DNA of 64,000 nucleotides from Isurus oxyrinchus (Eukaryota), in NCBI GenBank assembly GCA_026770705.1, contig JANJGN010000242.1, positions 434,001 through 498,000 of the forward strand, read 5' to 3'. The notes under the pieces were generated by a model. That model searched no databases. It worked only from the letters and a program-made list of their open reading frames with translations, and was not told the DNA's origin. The first letter of the stretch is position 1, and the number at the start of each line of letters is the position of its first letter. Below, one piece after another: positions 38,911 to 51,775 of the stretch. Both the position numbers and the translations under genes were made by a program.

Positions 38911-39436
38911 GGACTGGAGGAGATTTCAGTCCTTTCCTCCATAAACATCCCCCAACACCGGGTCGAATTGTATATTGAAAGGTGCCCAGAAATCACCCAA
39001 TCATTCTCTCCCTTTCGAGTATTTTTTTCTTGCTGGTTCAAAATGAGCATTCTCCTTGTTTGTAATTGTTCCCTTATGGCCCTCCTCTCCTTTATAAGAT
39101 TAATGCATCATCCTCACTCGCTCACTGTACTGTGTTGTTTCAATTCACAGTAATCAGGGATACAGATAAATTACACCAATCCCATCTCCCAAACATTTAC
39201 ATTCAATATAGGGAAGTGACTGCAGTTCCAAACTTTCCCGTTTCGGTCTGAGAGTGGAAACGGAAGAAAGTGATTGATTATGTGAAGCCAATTGATAGAA
39301 ATGGCGGCGACGATGTCACTAATTTCAGTCACTGATTGTCAAATATTAAAATTTCATCTGGAAGCACATCAGGATCTCTTTAAACTGAAGTCACTTGTGT
39401 CACTCTCCCGTTTTTCGCCCGGGTCAGATATTGAAC

Positions 39437-39506
39437 GACCCGCTGCAGGTATCCGAACTGGCTGCAGTTGTGACCCGCTGCAGGTATCCGAACTGGCTGC
39501 AGTTGT
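39437..39506. repeat. 35-bp tandem duplication
   Basis: GACCCGCTGCAGGTATCCGAACTGGCTGCAGTTGT twice; single copy in the paralogues. Confidence 0.85.
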
Positions 39507-39861
39507 GTTGCGTTTATTCACCTGGTGCCTCATCCACATTGTGCGGCTCGGACTGCAATATGCTGCCCTGGAGAAAGCTCTGTGACCCCGCTCTCGGGCT
39601 CTAAGGGACAGATATTTATCCCTCGGTCACAGTTAACTCCGGGAGTGCAGTCCGGACTCTCGACAATCTCCGCTCATTGAAAACGATTCAGTGTGAGAGT
39701 CCGTGATGCTGATGTTGTCTCCGATGTGCCCGTTACAACAATAATGGCCCAGATTCCGCCAAACTCCACATCCCACCTAAACCACACTAATCTCAATAAT
39801 AAACTGCAGGTGAACATTACACTGGACAGGCTGTAACCCGTCGAGGTTTGGAGCTACTTCC

Positions 39862-39914
39862 CGGCTCTGAAAGTCACCACCGTCCCGGATCCATCCGCAT
39901 AATCAGTTTCCCAC
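39862..39914 (-). pseudogene. NAR-TCR J segment H, splice donor lost
   Basis: WETDYADGSGTVVTFRA; CACAGTG-23-ACAACAACC (39915-39953); donor GGAAGT. Confidence 0.88.
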
Positions 39915-40296
39915 CACAGTGACACCGCTCTCAGTGATCCCGGTACAACAACCAACGACACATCAAGGTGCCGGCAAATCATCATCAGACAGTAGAAACT
40001 GCCCAATTATTCAGCGGATTTAAATAAATAAAAAATGTTCAATGTTTCAAAGTCTCTGTCGGTTCAAACTGTTCTTTCTGAGGCCCTGAGCTCTGAGTAA
40101 ATGATCCCCGGAACGAGATGCTCGCTTCAAATAAACCGAGAAAAATATTAAAGAAAGGTAACTGAATGGTGGAAATTACAACGAAATTTAACCAGTTTCC
40201 AGCGATAATAACATGAACCCGACAGTTCACTCTCCGGGCCTGGAGAATTTGTATTGTGATCTCAGAGAGGTATTTGCTCGGGTCTCTCCCACTGTG

Positions 40297-40312
40297 AGTT
40301 TCCCAACCCCCA
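40297..40312 (-). other. NAR-TCR D segment H (12-D-12)
   Basis: TGGGGGTTGGGAAACT between two consensus CACAGTG heptamers (40290-40296, 40313-40319) with 12-nt spacers. Confidence 0.9.
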
Positions 40313-40705
40313 CACAGTGTTATAAGTCATTATAAAATCCCCCGGGTACTTGGTGATATCTGGGCACATTAGTTCAACACCGGGGACTGCGGTTCCCGGT
40401 TCCAGCTGTTAGACCAGGATCACATTTGGTGTTAGTGGTTTGTAACTGGGATCAGCCATTCCCAATCCCCATTCACTGACACCAATCCCAGGAAAGACAT
40501 CACCATCCGCACGCACTCGGCTGTTTTGAAACTCAAGATGTTAACTGCAATAATCCAATCTCATTATAAACTAGACTGTGGGGCAGACAGTGTGAGGCGG
40601 AACTGTAAGGGTTTAACTGCAGATTAAATCCGCTTTTTCATTTGTTTCTGTGATAATCTGCAGTGAGAGTTTTTGTATCGCGGGAAACTGAGGCCCATCA
40701 CTGTG

Positions 40706-41185
40706 TTTTCGGTACTCGTACTGAGCTTTACAGTAATAGGTGGCGGTGTCTTCAACTCTCACGTCCCGAATTTCCAGCGAAAAGGTCTTTTCTGCTTTAT
40801 TTACCGATTCAACAAATCTCCCTCCGCTGGACATCCGCTCCCGCTCTTTCCCGGTCTGGGTTTGTCTGAAGAAATCCACGCCCGTCAAAGGACGGGCGAA
40901 AAAACCACCAGAGAAAACACAGGTCATGGTGAGAGACTGACACTCCTTCCTGATCACAGCTGCGGGAGTCTGCACCACTGACTGACCGACAGTGCCTGGA
41001 AGTTAAACAGAAAGAGTTTATGGAGCATCAGAGCCGAACCAGAGAACGGGGTTAAACCCCCAGACAGTGTCTGTAATTGGGATGGACTCGGCCAGCTTTA
41101 TATTAAATCCCCACAATGTCGGTTTGTTTGATCGGTATTCAAGGGGTAACCAGACACACAGGGTGAAATCAAGGAGGATTCCATT
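40706..41185 (-). pseudogene. NAR-TCR V H: open V exon (40706-40995) with RSS but defective leader
   Basis: V open to YYCKAQYEYRK; CACAGTG-22-ACAAAAACT (40705-40668). Leader 41143-41185 lacks an in-frame ATG and has a TT donor. Confidence 0.87.
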
Positions 41186-43089
41186 CGTTCGGCTGCCTGG
41201 AGCTGATTGTTTATATGACGGGAAGCTGGGGACTGCAGCCCTGGACTGCACTGGGAGACCGGACCTCAGTGCTGGGCTGAAATATTTTAGGGGGATCGAG
41301 TTAATTGGCACAGGGCGGTGTCGCTGAGATTGTTGATTTGCTGCACGGATCCCGGGTTGCTGGCTTAGTTTAGTGTGAATAAGAGAAAGGTTTATAAAAG
41401 GAGGCTGCAATTTCCTGACTCTACATTGGATTGTGATCCGGATGTGAAAGCCCCTCCCACAATACTCTGGGGTACAGGGGTGGGGGGAGGGGAGATTTTC
41501 TTTCTGCCAGTTGGGCTGCCGCATTCCTTACCCCGCAGTGATGAACTAGGAGGTTGATGCATGTGCTGTACTGGGTGGTGGTTGTTTAAGGTGGAACGTG
41601 GGCCCAGGACGCAAGGAAAATTCCCCCTCCCCGCTTTTACTCCAATATTGCGGAGATTGTTTAACATCGTCCTGAAAGGGCTGGCGGGACCTCAGTTCGA
41701 CTCCTGATCTGAAGTTCGGCGCCTCAGACCCGGCATCTTCCCTGGCCCAGCAACCGGGGAAAGGTTAGAATATGAAGTAGCCCAGTGACATTACCAATAT
41801 CTTGGTAGGTCTGCACAACATGCACATAAACTAGTTATGGTTAGTTCAGTTCGCTGGATTGCGAGCTTGTCGTTCGGAAAAATGTAACAGCACTGGTTCT
41901 ATTGGGGTTCTGGCTGAGGTAGGCTTGTGGCCTTCCTGCTCCTGCGGGTGGAAGGCAATGGTAAAGCAAAGCTAACAGGAAAGCAACTCAGGGTGAAGCA
42001 ACTGCAGAAAATCGGCCATTGGCGGAGCAGACATGAAATAATGCAAAGAACAAACTCCCCTCGTCATTGAAACAATTGCTTCCCATACCAGCTCTGCGGC
42101 GGATTACAGACAAAATGATGCTTCATGTCAGCTCTGTTTGATTTCCAGGTTGGGGACATTCAGAATTTCCGATTGAACCGACACAGTTTGAAAAGACACC
42201 CGGAAGGGCAATGGACTTTGAGGAAACACTGTGCTTGGAGCTTGCTTTAAAGTTCACATTCATTGCTTTCTGTTCTGCAAAATGGGTTCTTTTTATTCGT
42301 TCACGCAATGTGCGCTTCGCTGGGAGGGCCAGTATTTATTGCCCATCCCTAGCTGCCTTTGAGAAGGTGGTGGTGAGCTGCCTTCTTGTCCACTGCAGAC
42401 CCTGTCGTTTAAGAGCACCCGCTGTGCTGTTTGGGAGGCAGTTCCAGGATTTTGACATAATGGCAGCAGAGGAAAGGCGATATGTTTCGAACTCACGATG
42501 CTGAGTGACTCTGGGTGTTAAGAATTATCTCTTACCCAGCAACAGCAACACTCGCCCAAATAAGCCCTATGACAAGGCTGAGGTCAAAGACTTCATAAAC
42601 CTGACACCGGTGTTAGGAAAAATGCTGCGCAGCATTGAGGGCAGGGGCAAAAAGACCATTAAGGGGCGAAAGGGACATTGAAACAGCAACACACCTCACA
42701 AATAGGGCCGACCGCACGTCACATAGACATGGGCGATTATTTGACCTTCAGCAGATAAAATCACAATTTTTTCCTCATGTTCGGCCAATTGGTGAGTATT
42801 TTTAATGTAATTAAAATCCGGCTTTGAGGCTACTACAGAGTGTAAAGTACTGTTTAAAATAAACATGTGCATGTGTAGTGCAGTATAAACGTAATTAAAA
42901 CAAATAGGGATATGGTCTGGAATAGTGTTAACAAAGACAGGGCTGGTGTGATTTTAATAAATATCGGGTCTAATTCAGTAATCACTGAGGCGAGGCCTGT
43001 AGTGAAACATGTAGAAATGGCATCGAGTGCAACAGGGAAATTGTTTAGAGCAGCCAGAACGAAGACAGGACCCCACGAAATCTAAATAG

Positions 43090-43310
43090 AGTGGAGAGTA
43101 GTGTTTTAAGTTCCTCCTTCCGGTTCAGCTCTTGAGTTTCAAGTGTCTTTGGAAAGTTCTCTAAGTGTTCCACGGTAAAGACAGACACAAAATACTTGTG
43201 CAACGCCTCTGTGATTTCCTGGCCTTCTATTATCAATTCCCGAAGTACACTACGGAGAAGACTAACACTAGCTTTAATCAATATTTCATTCTTTAAATAT
43301 CTGTTGAAAT
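43090..43310 (-). mobile_element. CR1-like LINE ORF2 internal fragment
   Basis: Paralogue of 19545-19760. Confidence 0.75.
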
Positions 43311-43639
43311 TCTTACTCCCTAATTTTTGAAATATTCTACTTTTGTCTTTCAGGAAGAAATGGCGAAGATTCGGTTTCTGAACATCTTTCAGAATGAAGG
43401 GGTTGTGAATTGCCCTGGATATCACTGCACTGTGATATCTCGCCAACCTGCGTCAATTCTGTTTTACCACCTCCAATATCGCTTGGAAGCTCTGAGATGT
43501 TCATTCATCATTGGAGCTGGGTGATGGGGTACATTGTTCCACATGTCCTAGTCATGGCGTCTGCTGTTTTACACGAAGAAAACTAAACGGTTCCCTTAAT
43601 ATTGATGGAGCCCTTTAGTTCGAAATCGCCGTTTGCTGC

Positions 43640-43662
43640 TGTGCCGGACACTTCCAGTATCA

Positions 43663-43721
<59 letters not shown>

Positions 43722-43837
43722 TTAGCAATCTATCCTCTGCTGGACACAGTCATAATCACACACACACAGACAAACACACAAACACAAACACGCACAACTT
43801 TAGCCAACTACTTTCTGCTGGACACTGCTGGAAACTT

Positions 43838-43911
<74 letters not shown>

Positions 43912-43915
43912 ACTC
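43640..43915. repeat. (CT)n(CA)n microsatellite block
   Basis: Direct inspection. Confidence 0.9.
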
Positions 43916-44630
43916 GGAGTCATCCAGAGATTACAACCCGAGAGGTCTTGCTTTTTAGTCTACTGCCTAACTCCCTGAATTCTTGATGCAAAACATCGTC
44001 GTCCTTTCGAACAATGTCATTGGTACCAACATGTACCATCACCTCTTCCTTATCCCCTTTCAGGATGCCATGCAGCCGTTCAGTGACATCCAGACACTGG
44101 CACCAGGGAGGCAACACACCATCCTAGAGACACGTTGACGGCTACAGTAGCGCCTATCTGTTCCCCTGACTACAGAATCACCTAATACTATTGCTCTTCC
44201 TCTCTTTCTCCCGTCCTGAACTTACTGGCTCCTTTTACAGCCAGAAGCTTGGCTCTGTCTGCACTCCCTGGAGGAACCAGCGCACTCATCAGCCTCAAAA
44301 ATGGAATACAAATTTGCGTGCGGAACCCCAAAGGGCTCCTAATCTACCTGCCTGTTTCTCCTTAGTTACCTAGGACTACCCATTCCCTACATTCCTCAAG
44401 TCTCTTCAGCTGCAGTGTGACCACCTCTGCAAATGTGCTATCCTAGATGCTCTCAGACTCACGGATGCTCTACAGTGTCCCCATCCGCTGTTCCAGCTCT
44501 GAAACCCGAGATTCAGGACACAATTCCTGAACACATGCTGGTTCTGGGTACTGGAAATGTTCCCGGCTTCCTACATGGAGAATGAGGAGCACATCACGGC
44601 TTTGAGCTCTCTTGTCATCTTATATCCCTT
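43915..44630 (-). mobile_element. CR1-like LINE ORF1 remnant
   Basis: ORF 43920-44117 with VHVGTNDI. Confidence 0.8.
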
Positions 44631-45036
44631 TAAATTAAACCTATTAAATCAATTACCCTCGGGCCCTTCTTTCCTGATCCTCGTTACAGCAGAAGGTACA
44701 AATTACAAACCACAAACAGACCTTAAACTAGAAGCAATTACAGTCGTAAATACTTCCCGACTTTACCCACTACCTACCAGTCATTTCTTTCCCTTGTAGC
44801 CTCTAACGCTGTAGCAGGTCAAGGACACACTCAGAAGATTTAAGAAGTTGGATAGCAGAGATCCAATGTAGAGAGCACCTCCTCCCCTCTGCGCCGAATT
44901 CCCACTGTGCACCAAATTACCAATAGCCACACTCACTCTGGCTGTGTGTCACTCAGGATGTGTTCACTCACTGTTTCGTGTGCAAGCACCATGCGCAGGT
45001 TTTTGTACAGCTCTCTCCGTGTTCTGTACCACTGTG

Positions 45037-45337
45037 CGCCGACTCAGTGCACAGTAATACACAGCGGAATCTGTCAGTTGTAGTTTGGAGATATTAAACC
45101 GGCTGATTTTCTCGGCAGCATCGATAGAAGCAGAAATTCTTCCCCCGGCAGCATTTTCTTTATTTTCCTCTCCTGAAGTGTGTCTCTGAAGCAGATATTC
45201 CGGAGCCTGTCCTGGGGACTGACGATACCAGTGTACTGTGTACGGACAGAACCCTGAATATTCACAGCTTAAAGTAACGCTGTCACCGGCAGCAGAGGTT
45301 TGTTCAGGCGGATTTCGGGAAATTATGGAACTGGAAT
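45037..45337 (-). CDS. TRDV: Supporting TCR-delta V exon S3
   Basis: Essentially identical to S2; consensus 23-RSS at 45036-44998. Confidence 0.94.
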
Positions 45338-46809
45338 CTAGAGGATATAGAAAAGGGACATTTTATTCATGTTCAGCCACTGCTTGACCAGGTGAATATG
45401 TCAATCGCGTACATAGCTCTGCTTTCTGCAGTAATTTTACTTGCTGGAAGCCTGTTTGAACCGTGTTCACTCTTATGAAAATATAATCAAGTCGGGAATT
45501 AGATGATATCTTGTTTTACATGGCGAACTCTTCCGATCAGTACTGCACTGTCTGAAATGGTGTTGGGGACAGATTCCATTGTAACTTTCAAACGAGTAAT
45601 GGATCTATACTGGAAATGTAAATAAAAATATAAAGCTATGGAGAAAATTCATGGGCAGTGTGAACAATTGGATTGCACTTTTAAAGGGTCAGCGCCTACC
45701 GGAGATGCCGAAGGTCATCTTTCCATGCTGGTTAATTCTGTGAGTTATGTTACATTCCAGTTTCTATTTTCCTTAATGAGACACAAACACGAGGGAGCAT
45801 TTCATGTTCAACGAGGCAACCAATTCCCAACAAAAACGATTTGTTGGACAGGAACACAACTGTGTTGCATGACTGTGCACTGCAATATCCAGCACAGACT
45901 GATGGGAATCGTCAGCACCGATTGGGCAAAACCGAGAGTGAGCATCAATGGACAACGGTTAATCATTTACTGCGGTTTAAAACTAATCAGGAATTTCTAT
46001 CTGCCTTCTGCTCTATTTCTCAATGTTCTATCAATAGTGTCCTATTTCATGCAGATCAGCTTAATTTCAAATATATGCAATTAATTTCATTTTATTTCTT
46101 TAATTTCACATTCCCTTTATTTCACATTTTATTTGTGCTCTATGCGGTTTTTTCAATCGTGCGAACTCGCCCTAAAATCTCTAAGTTGTCAGCTGGGCTC
46201 AGTCTGTTCAGTTTCCGCAGTGGTTTTACTGTTAATCACTCGGAACTGCCTCTTCTGGCTCTCTGACAATTTCAACGCTTTCAGCAGGTTGACTAATTCT
46301 CTCTCGGGTTCACTGGGCGGAGGTTTCTCTCAATTTTACATTATCGAGGAAGAAGCATGTTGAAGACGAATGGGCCTTTCAGCCTGTGTGTATAATCAAT
46401 TCCAGCCTGATCCGACCCGAAACCTAACTGACCATTTCCATCCAGCTCCGTGTGTTGGTCTATTCTATTCTCCCTCCTGAATTTTCCAGTGTTCCACTAA
46501 ATATATCACTACTACCTCCAACCTCTCAGCAAGTTCCACATTCTGACCTGCCTTTGTTTAAATTCATTTGTCTTAAATGTTCAATTTGTTCTGACAGTTA
46601 CTGTCATATGTTGACAGCTACTGCTTTAAACTCAATTTGTCCAGACTAAAACCTTTCATTACTGAAAAAATTTCTATGGATCTTCCTCTTAGTTCTGTTT
46701 TCCGGAAAAAACAGACCCAGCCTGTCCAATCTGCCCAGAGAGATGTGGATTGTTGCTGATTTCTTTACTCAGGAGTGTAAGAAATCAAGGCAGAGAATCC
46801 AATCAATAG

Positions 46810-47330
46810 AAGAAGGAGCCTTCAGATCATCTTTCAAACCTGCTCAGGCACTCAGTAATATCCGGGCTGATTTACAACCTCAACATCACATTCACGCGCC
46901 CTTCCCATACCCCTGATCCCTTCAGTGTCCGAAAACGTGACGAATATTCTCTTGAATGCACGCAGATTATGAACATCCAGATCTCTCTGATTTACGGAAT
47001 GCCACAAATTATCAACAATGGATGTACTGAAGATATATTTTCCTTCTCAGATGACTCTTTATTCTCAAGCTGTAACCCCAAGTTATGTACTCCTCAGTCT
47101 GGGAAATTCCGGCCCAGAATCTGCCCTTTCAAAGCCCTTCAGAATATTTTATGTTTTCAAGAGATCGTCTCTCATTCTTCTAAACTCTGGGATGTATAGA
47201 CCGAGACGACTAAATCTCTTCCCATTGGACAATGCTTTCATCACAGGAATCAGTTTGATGAATCTTTGTTGCACTCATTCCAATGGAGATTGATCTCTCT
47301 TCTGTAAAGAGACCATATTTTACACAGCAT
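46810..47330 (-). mobile_element. CR1-like LINE 3' fragment
   Basis: Paralogue of 2430-2960. Confidence 0.7.
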
Positions 47331-48245
47331 TTCGGACTGGATTCCATTTCAGTCCTTTCCTCCTTAAACCTCCATCAAAACTGATTCGGATTGTGCATTG
47401 AAAAGCGCTCAGAAATCATCCAATCCTTCTCTCCCTTTCGATTATTTTTTTCTTGCTGGTTCTGAATGACCATTATCCTTGTTTGTAATTGTTCCCTTAT
47501 GGCCGTCCTCTCCTTTATGAGATTAATGCATCATCCTAACTCGCTCACCGCACTGTGTTGTTTCAATTCACAGTAATCAGGGATACAGATAAGTTACACC
47601 AATCCCATCTCTCAAACATTTACATTCCATATAGAGAAGTGGCTGCAGTTCCAAACTTTCACATTTCGGTCTGAGAGTGGAAACGCAGGAAAGTGATTGG
47701 TTATGTGAAGCCAATTGATAGAAATGGCGGGGAGAATTTCACTAATTTCAGTCACTGATTGTCAAACAATAAAATTTCATCTGGACCCACATCAGGATCT
47801 CTTATATCTGAAATCACTCGTGTCATTCTCCCGTTTTTCGCCCCGGTCAGGTGTTGAACGACCCGCTGCTGCAGGTATCTGAACTGGCCGCAGTTGTGTT
47901 GAGTTTATTCACCCGGTACCTCGTTCACAATGCGCGGCTCGGACCGCAATCTGCTGCCCAGGAGAGAGCTCTGTGCCCCCGCTCTAAGGGACATTTAGAT
48001 CTCCCTCGGTCACAGCAACACTGGGAGTGCAGTCCGGACTCTCGACAATCTCCACTCATTAAAAGCGATTCAGAGTGTGAGAGTCCGAGATGTTTATATT
48101 GTCCCCGATGTGCCCGTTACAACACTAATGGTCCAGAGTCCGCCAAATCCCACATCCCACCTAAACTACACTAATCTCAATAATAAACTGACGGTGAACA
48201 TTACATAGGACAGGCTGTAACCCGGCGGGGTTTGGAACTACTTAC

Positions 48246-48298
48246 CGGCTGTGACAGACACCACCGTCCCGGATCCATCCGCATAATAAGTTTCCCAC
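48246..48298 (-). CDS. NAR-TCR J segment A3 (coding and donor intact; RSS heptamer mutated)
   Basis: WETYYADGSGTVVSVTA, donor GTAAGT; heptamer CAGGATG (48299-48305) has lost the invariant CAC. Confidence 0.85.
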
Positions 48299-48679
48299 CA
48301 GGATGACACCGCTCTCAGTCTCCCCGGTACAACAACCACCGACACGTCAACTTGCCGGCAAATCATCATCAGACAGTAGAAACTGCCCAATTATTCAGCC
48401 GTTTAAAATAAATAAAAATGTTCAATGTTTCAAAGACTCTATCGGTTCAAACTGTTCTTTGTGAGGCCCTGAGCTCTGAGTAAATGATCCCGGGAACGAG
48501 GTGCTCGCTTCATATAAACCGAGAAAAATATCAAAGAAAGAGAACTGAATGGTGGAAATTACAATGAAATGTAACCAGATTCCAGCGATAATAACATGAA
48601 ACCGACAATTCACTATCCGAGCCCGGAGAATTTATATTGTGATCGTAGACAGGTATTCGCTCGGATCTCTCCCACTGTG

Positions 48680-48694
48680 ACTGTCCCAAAATAA
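48680..48694 (-). other. NAR-TCR D segment A3 (12-D-12)
   Basis: TTATTTTGGGACAGT; heptamers at 48673-48679 and 48695-48701, 12-nt spacers. Confidence 0.9.
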
Positions 48695-49087
48695 CACAGC
48701 GTTACAAGTCGGTATAAAATCCCCCGGGTACTTGGTGAGACCTGGGCACTTTAGTTAAACAACGGGCACTGCGGTTCCCGGTTCCAGGTGTTAGACCAGG
48801 ATCACATCTGGTGTTAGGAGTTTGTAACTGGGTTCTGCCATTCCCAATCCCCCTTCACTGACACCAATCCCAGGAAAGGCATCACCATCCGCAAACACTC
48901 GGCATTTATAAAACTCAAGACGTTAACGGCAATAATCCAATCTCATTATAAACTAGACTGTGGGGCAGACGGTGTGAGGCGGAACTGTGGGGGTTTAACT
49001 GCAGATTAACTCCACTGTTTCATTTGTTTCTGTGATAATCTGCAGTGAGAGTTTTTGTATCGCGGGAAGCCGAGAACCATCATTGTG

Positions 49088-49377
49088 AGATTTGTATCTG
49101 TACTGAGCTTTACAGTAATAGGTGGCGGTGTCTTCAACTCTCACATCCCGAATTTCCAGCGAAAATGTCTTTTCTGCTTTATTCACCGACACAACAAATC
49201 TCTCCCCGCTGGAGATCCGCTCCCGCTCTGTCCCGGTTTGGGTTTGTCTGAAGAAATCCCCGCCCGTCAAAGAAAGAGCGAAGAAACCACCATAGAAAAC
49301 ACAGGTGATGGTGAGAGACTGACACTCCTTCCTGGTCACCGCTGCCGGGGTCTGTACCACTGACTGACTGAAATAGC
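49088..49377 (-). CDS. NAR-TCR V exon A3, intact
   Basis: Open V (CDR1 FYGGFFALSLTG) ending YYCKAQYRYKS; CACAATG-22-ACAAAAACT (49087-49050). Confidence 0.93.
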
Positions 49378-49525
49378 CTGTAAATTAAACAGAAAGCTTT
49401 TAATAGACCATGAGAGCCGAACAACAGAGCGGGGTTAAACCCCCAAACAGTGTCTGTAATTGCGATGGAGTCGGGCAGCTGTATGTTAAATCCACACAGT
49501 GTTGGTTTGTTTGATCGGTACTCAC

Positions 49526-49568
49526 GGGGTAAACAGACCCACAGGATGAAAACAAGGAGGATTCCCAT
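49526..49568 (-). CDS. Leader exon of V A3
   Basis: MGILLVFILWVCLP, donor GTGAGT. Confidence 0.9.
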
Positions 49569-51199
49569 CGTTCTGCTGCCTGGAACTGAGGATCTATATG
49601 ACGGGGAGCTGGAGACTGCGGACTTGGACGGCACTGGGAGACTGGACCGCAGAGCTGGGCTGAAATATTTTAGGGGGATCGAGTTGATTTGCACAGGGCA
49701 ATTTCGCTGAGATCATTGATTTGCCGCACGGTTCCAGGGTACCTGGCTCAGTGTTAAGTAAATTAGAGACAGGTTTATGAAGGAGGCTGCAATATTCCGA
49801 CTCTACATTTGGATTGTAATCCGGATGTGAAAGCCCCTCCCACAATACTCTGGTGCACAGGTGTGGGGGAGGGGAGCTTTTCTTTCTGCCAGTTGTGCTG
49901 CTGCCTCCTTTCCTAGCAGTGATGAGCAGGAAGGTCTTTGTATGTATTTGTGTTGGGTGGTATGTGTTAAAGGTGGAATGTGGTCCCAGGACATCGAGAG
50001 AATCCCCGTGTCCCACTCCTATCCCAATATGCAGGAGATTGTTGCCTTGTTCTTGTCAATCCTGACGGGGTTACTGCTGTTTCGCAAAAGGAAATCACAA
50101 GGTTTGCTTTGAATACCCCTGCGAATTAGCCCCGCCAACACCGGAGTGTTCTTGAGCTATGAGCCCCACACGGGCTTCATTGATTAACTGGACCCCGTAC
50201 AATTAAACCAGTTGCCCCCCAAACCATTAACCAAAACTTATTACACTTGCAGCATTTCCAGTTCGGATAACATTTTACCGATCTGAAACGTTAGCTCTGA
50301 TTCTCTCCCCCCTGAGAGGCATCCTAACCGGCTAACATTTACCTTTCCAGAATTTTCTGTTCTTTTATTTCAGATTTGCAGCTTTGGGGATCTCATCTTT
50401 TCGATTATTGCATCGTGTGGGATTGGAATGTCACCCCTGCTGCATTTAACCTGTCTCTGAGCTGTGCTGATTATCTTTGTTCGATTCTAACGGCTCTAGT
50501 TCATTCGCCACTGCACGGAGGGACACCTCGCACCTAGAGACTGGGAAAAATGGTTGTTTTAAACATTTGCTTTATTCTTTCATGGGATGTGGGCGTCGCT
50601 GGTTTGTCAGCATTTATTGCCTTGCTCTAATTGCCCTTGTTCCAGGGTACTTAATAGTCAACCGCATTAATGTGGGCCCGGAGTCAGATGTAGGCCAGAC
50701 TAAGTAAGGGCGGCAGATTTCCCTCCCTGAAGCACATAAGTGAAGCACTTTGGTTTATTAACGACAATCGGTAATGGTTCAGTGGTCATCATTAGACTTG
50801 TAAATCCAGATTATTAGGAGAATTGATATTGCACTGTGAATCCAGATTTGGAGGGTCAGCGTGTCTTCCAGGGTTAGCCCCTGACTTTTGAAATATTCTA
50901 TCTTTGTCTTTCAGGAAGAATTGGTGAAGATTCAGGATCTGAACATCTTTCAGAATGAAGGGGTTGTGAATTGCCCTGGATATCACTGCACTGTGGTTTT
51001 TCACCATCCGCCGTCAGTTCTGTTTTACCACCTCCAATATGGCTTGGAAGATCTGAGATGTTCACTGAGTATCGGAGCTCGGTGCTGGGGTACATGTTTC
51101 CACATGTCCCAGTCATGGCGTCTGCTGTTTTACACGAAGGAAACGATACGGTTCCCTTAATATTGATAGAGCCCTTCAATTCGAAATCGCCGATTGTTG

Positions 51200-51293
51200 C
51201 TGTGCTGGACACTGCCGGAATCAGACACACACGCCGCGCTCAGGCGCAGACACACACAACTTTAGCTATCGATCCTCTGGTGGACACTGTCAT

Positions 51294-51330
<37 letters not shown>

Positions 51331-51775
51331 GACACGCCCACACACGCACCTCATGCAGTCTAACCACTGCTGGACACTGTCATGTTCACAAACACACACA
51401 CATACACACAGACACACACACATTCAGATAATCGACCTTCTGCTCCACAGAGCCGGAATCTCTCACACACACAGGCACACACACAAACACGCATGTTTAG
51501 CAAATTACCCTCGCATACACACACATACACACACACACACACACACACGCACACACAGAAACCTTTAGCAATCTACTGTCTGCTGGACACGGTGATAATC
51601 ACACACAAGCACATACACACACTCAAAAGTTTAGCTCTGCAGGACACTGGGATAATCACACACACACACACGCACGCACGCACACACCTTAAGCAATCTT
51701 CTGTAGAGTTTCATAATCTCACACACACACTTTTAGCAGTCTACCTTCTGCTGGACACAGCCGGAATCACACTCC
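51200..51775. repeat. Compound CA/CT microsatellite-minisatellite block
   Basis: Direct inspection. Confidence 0.9.
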
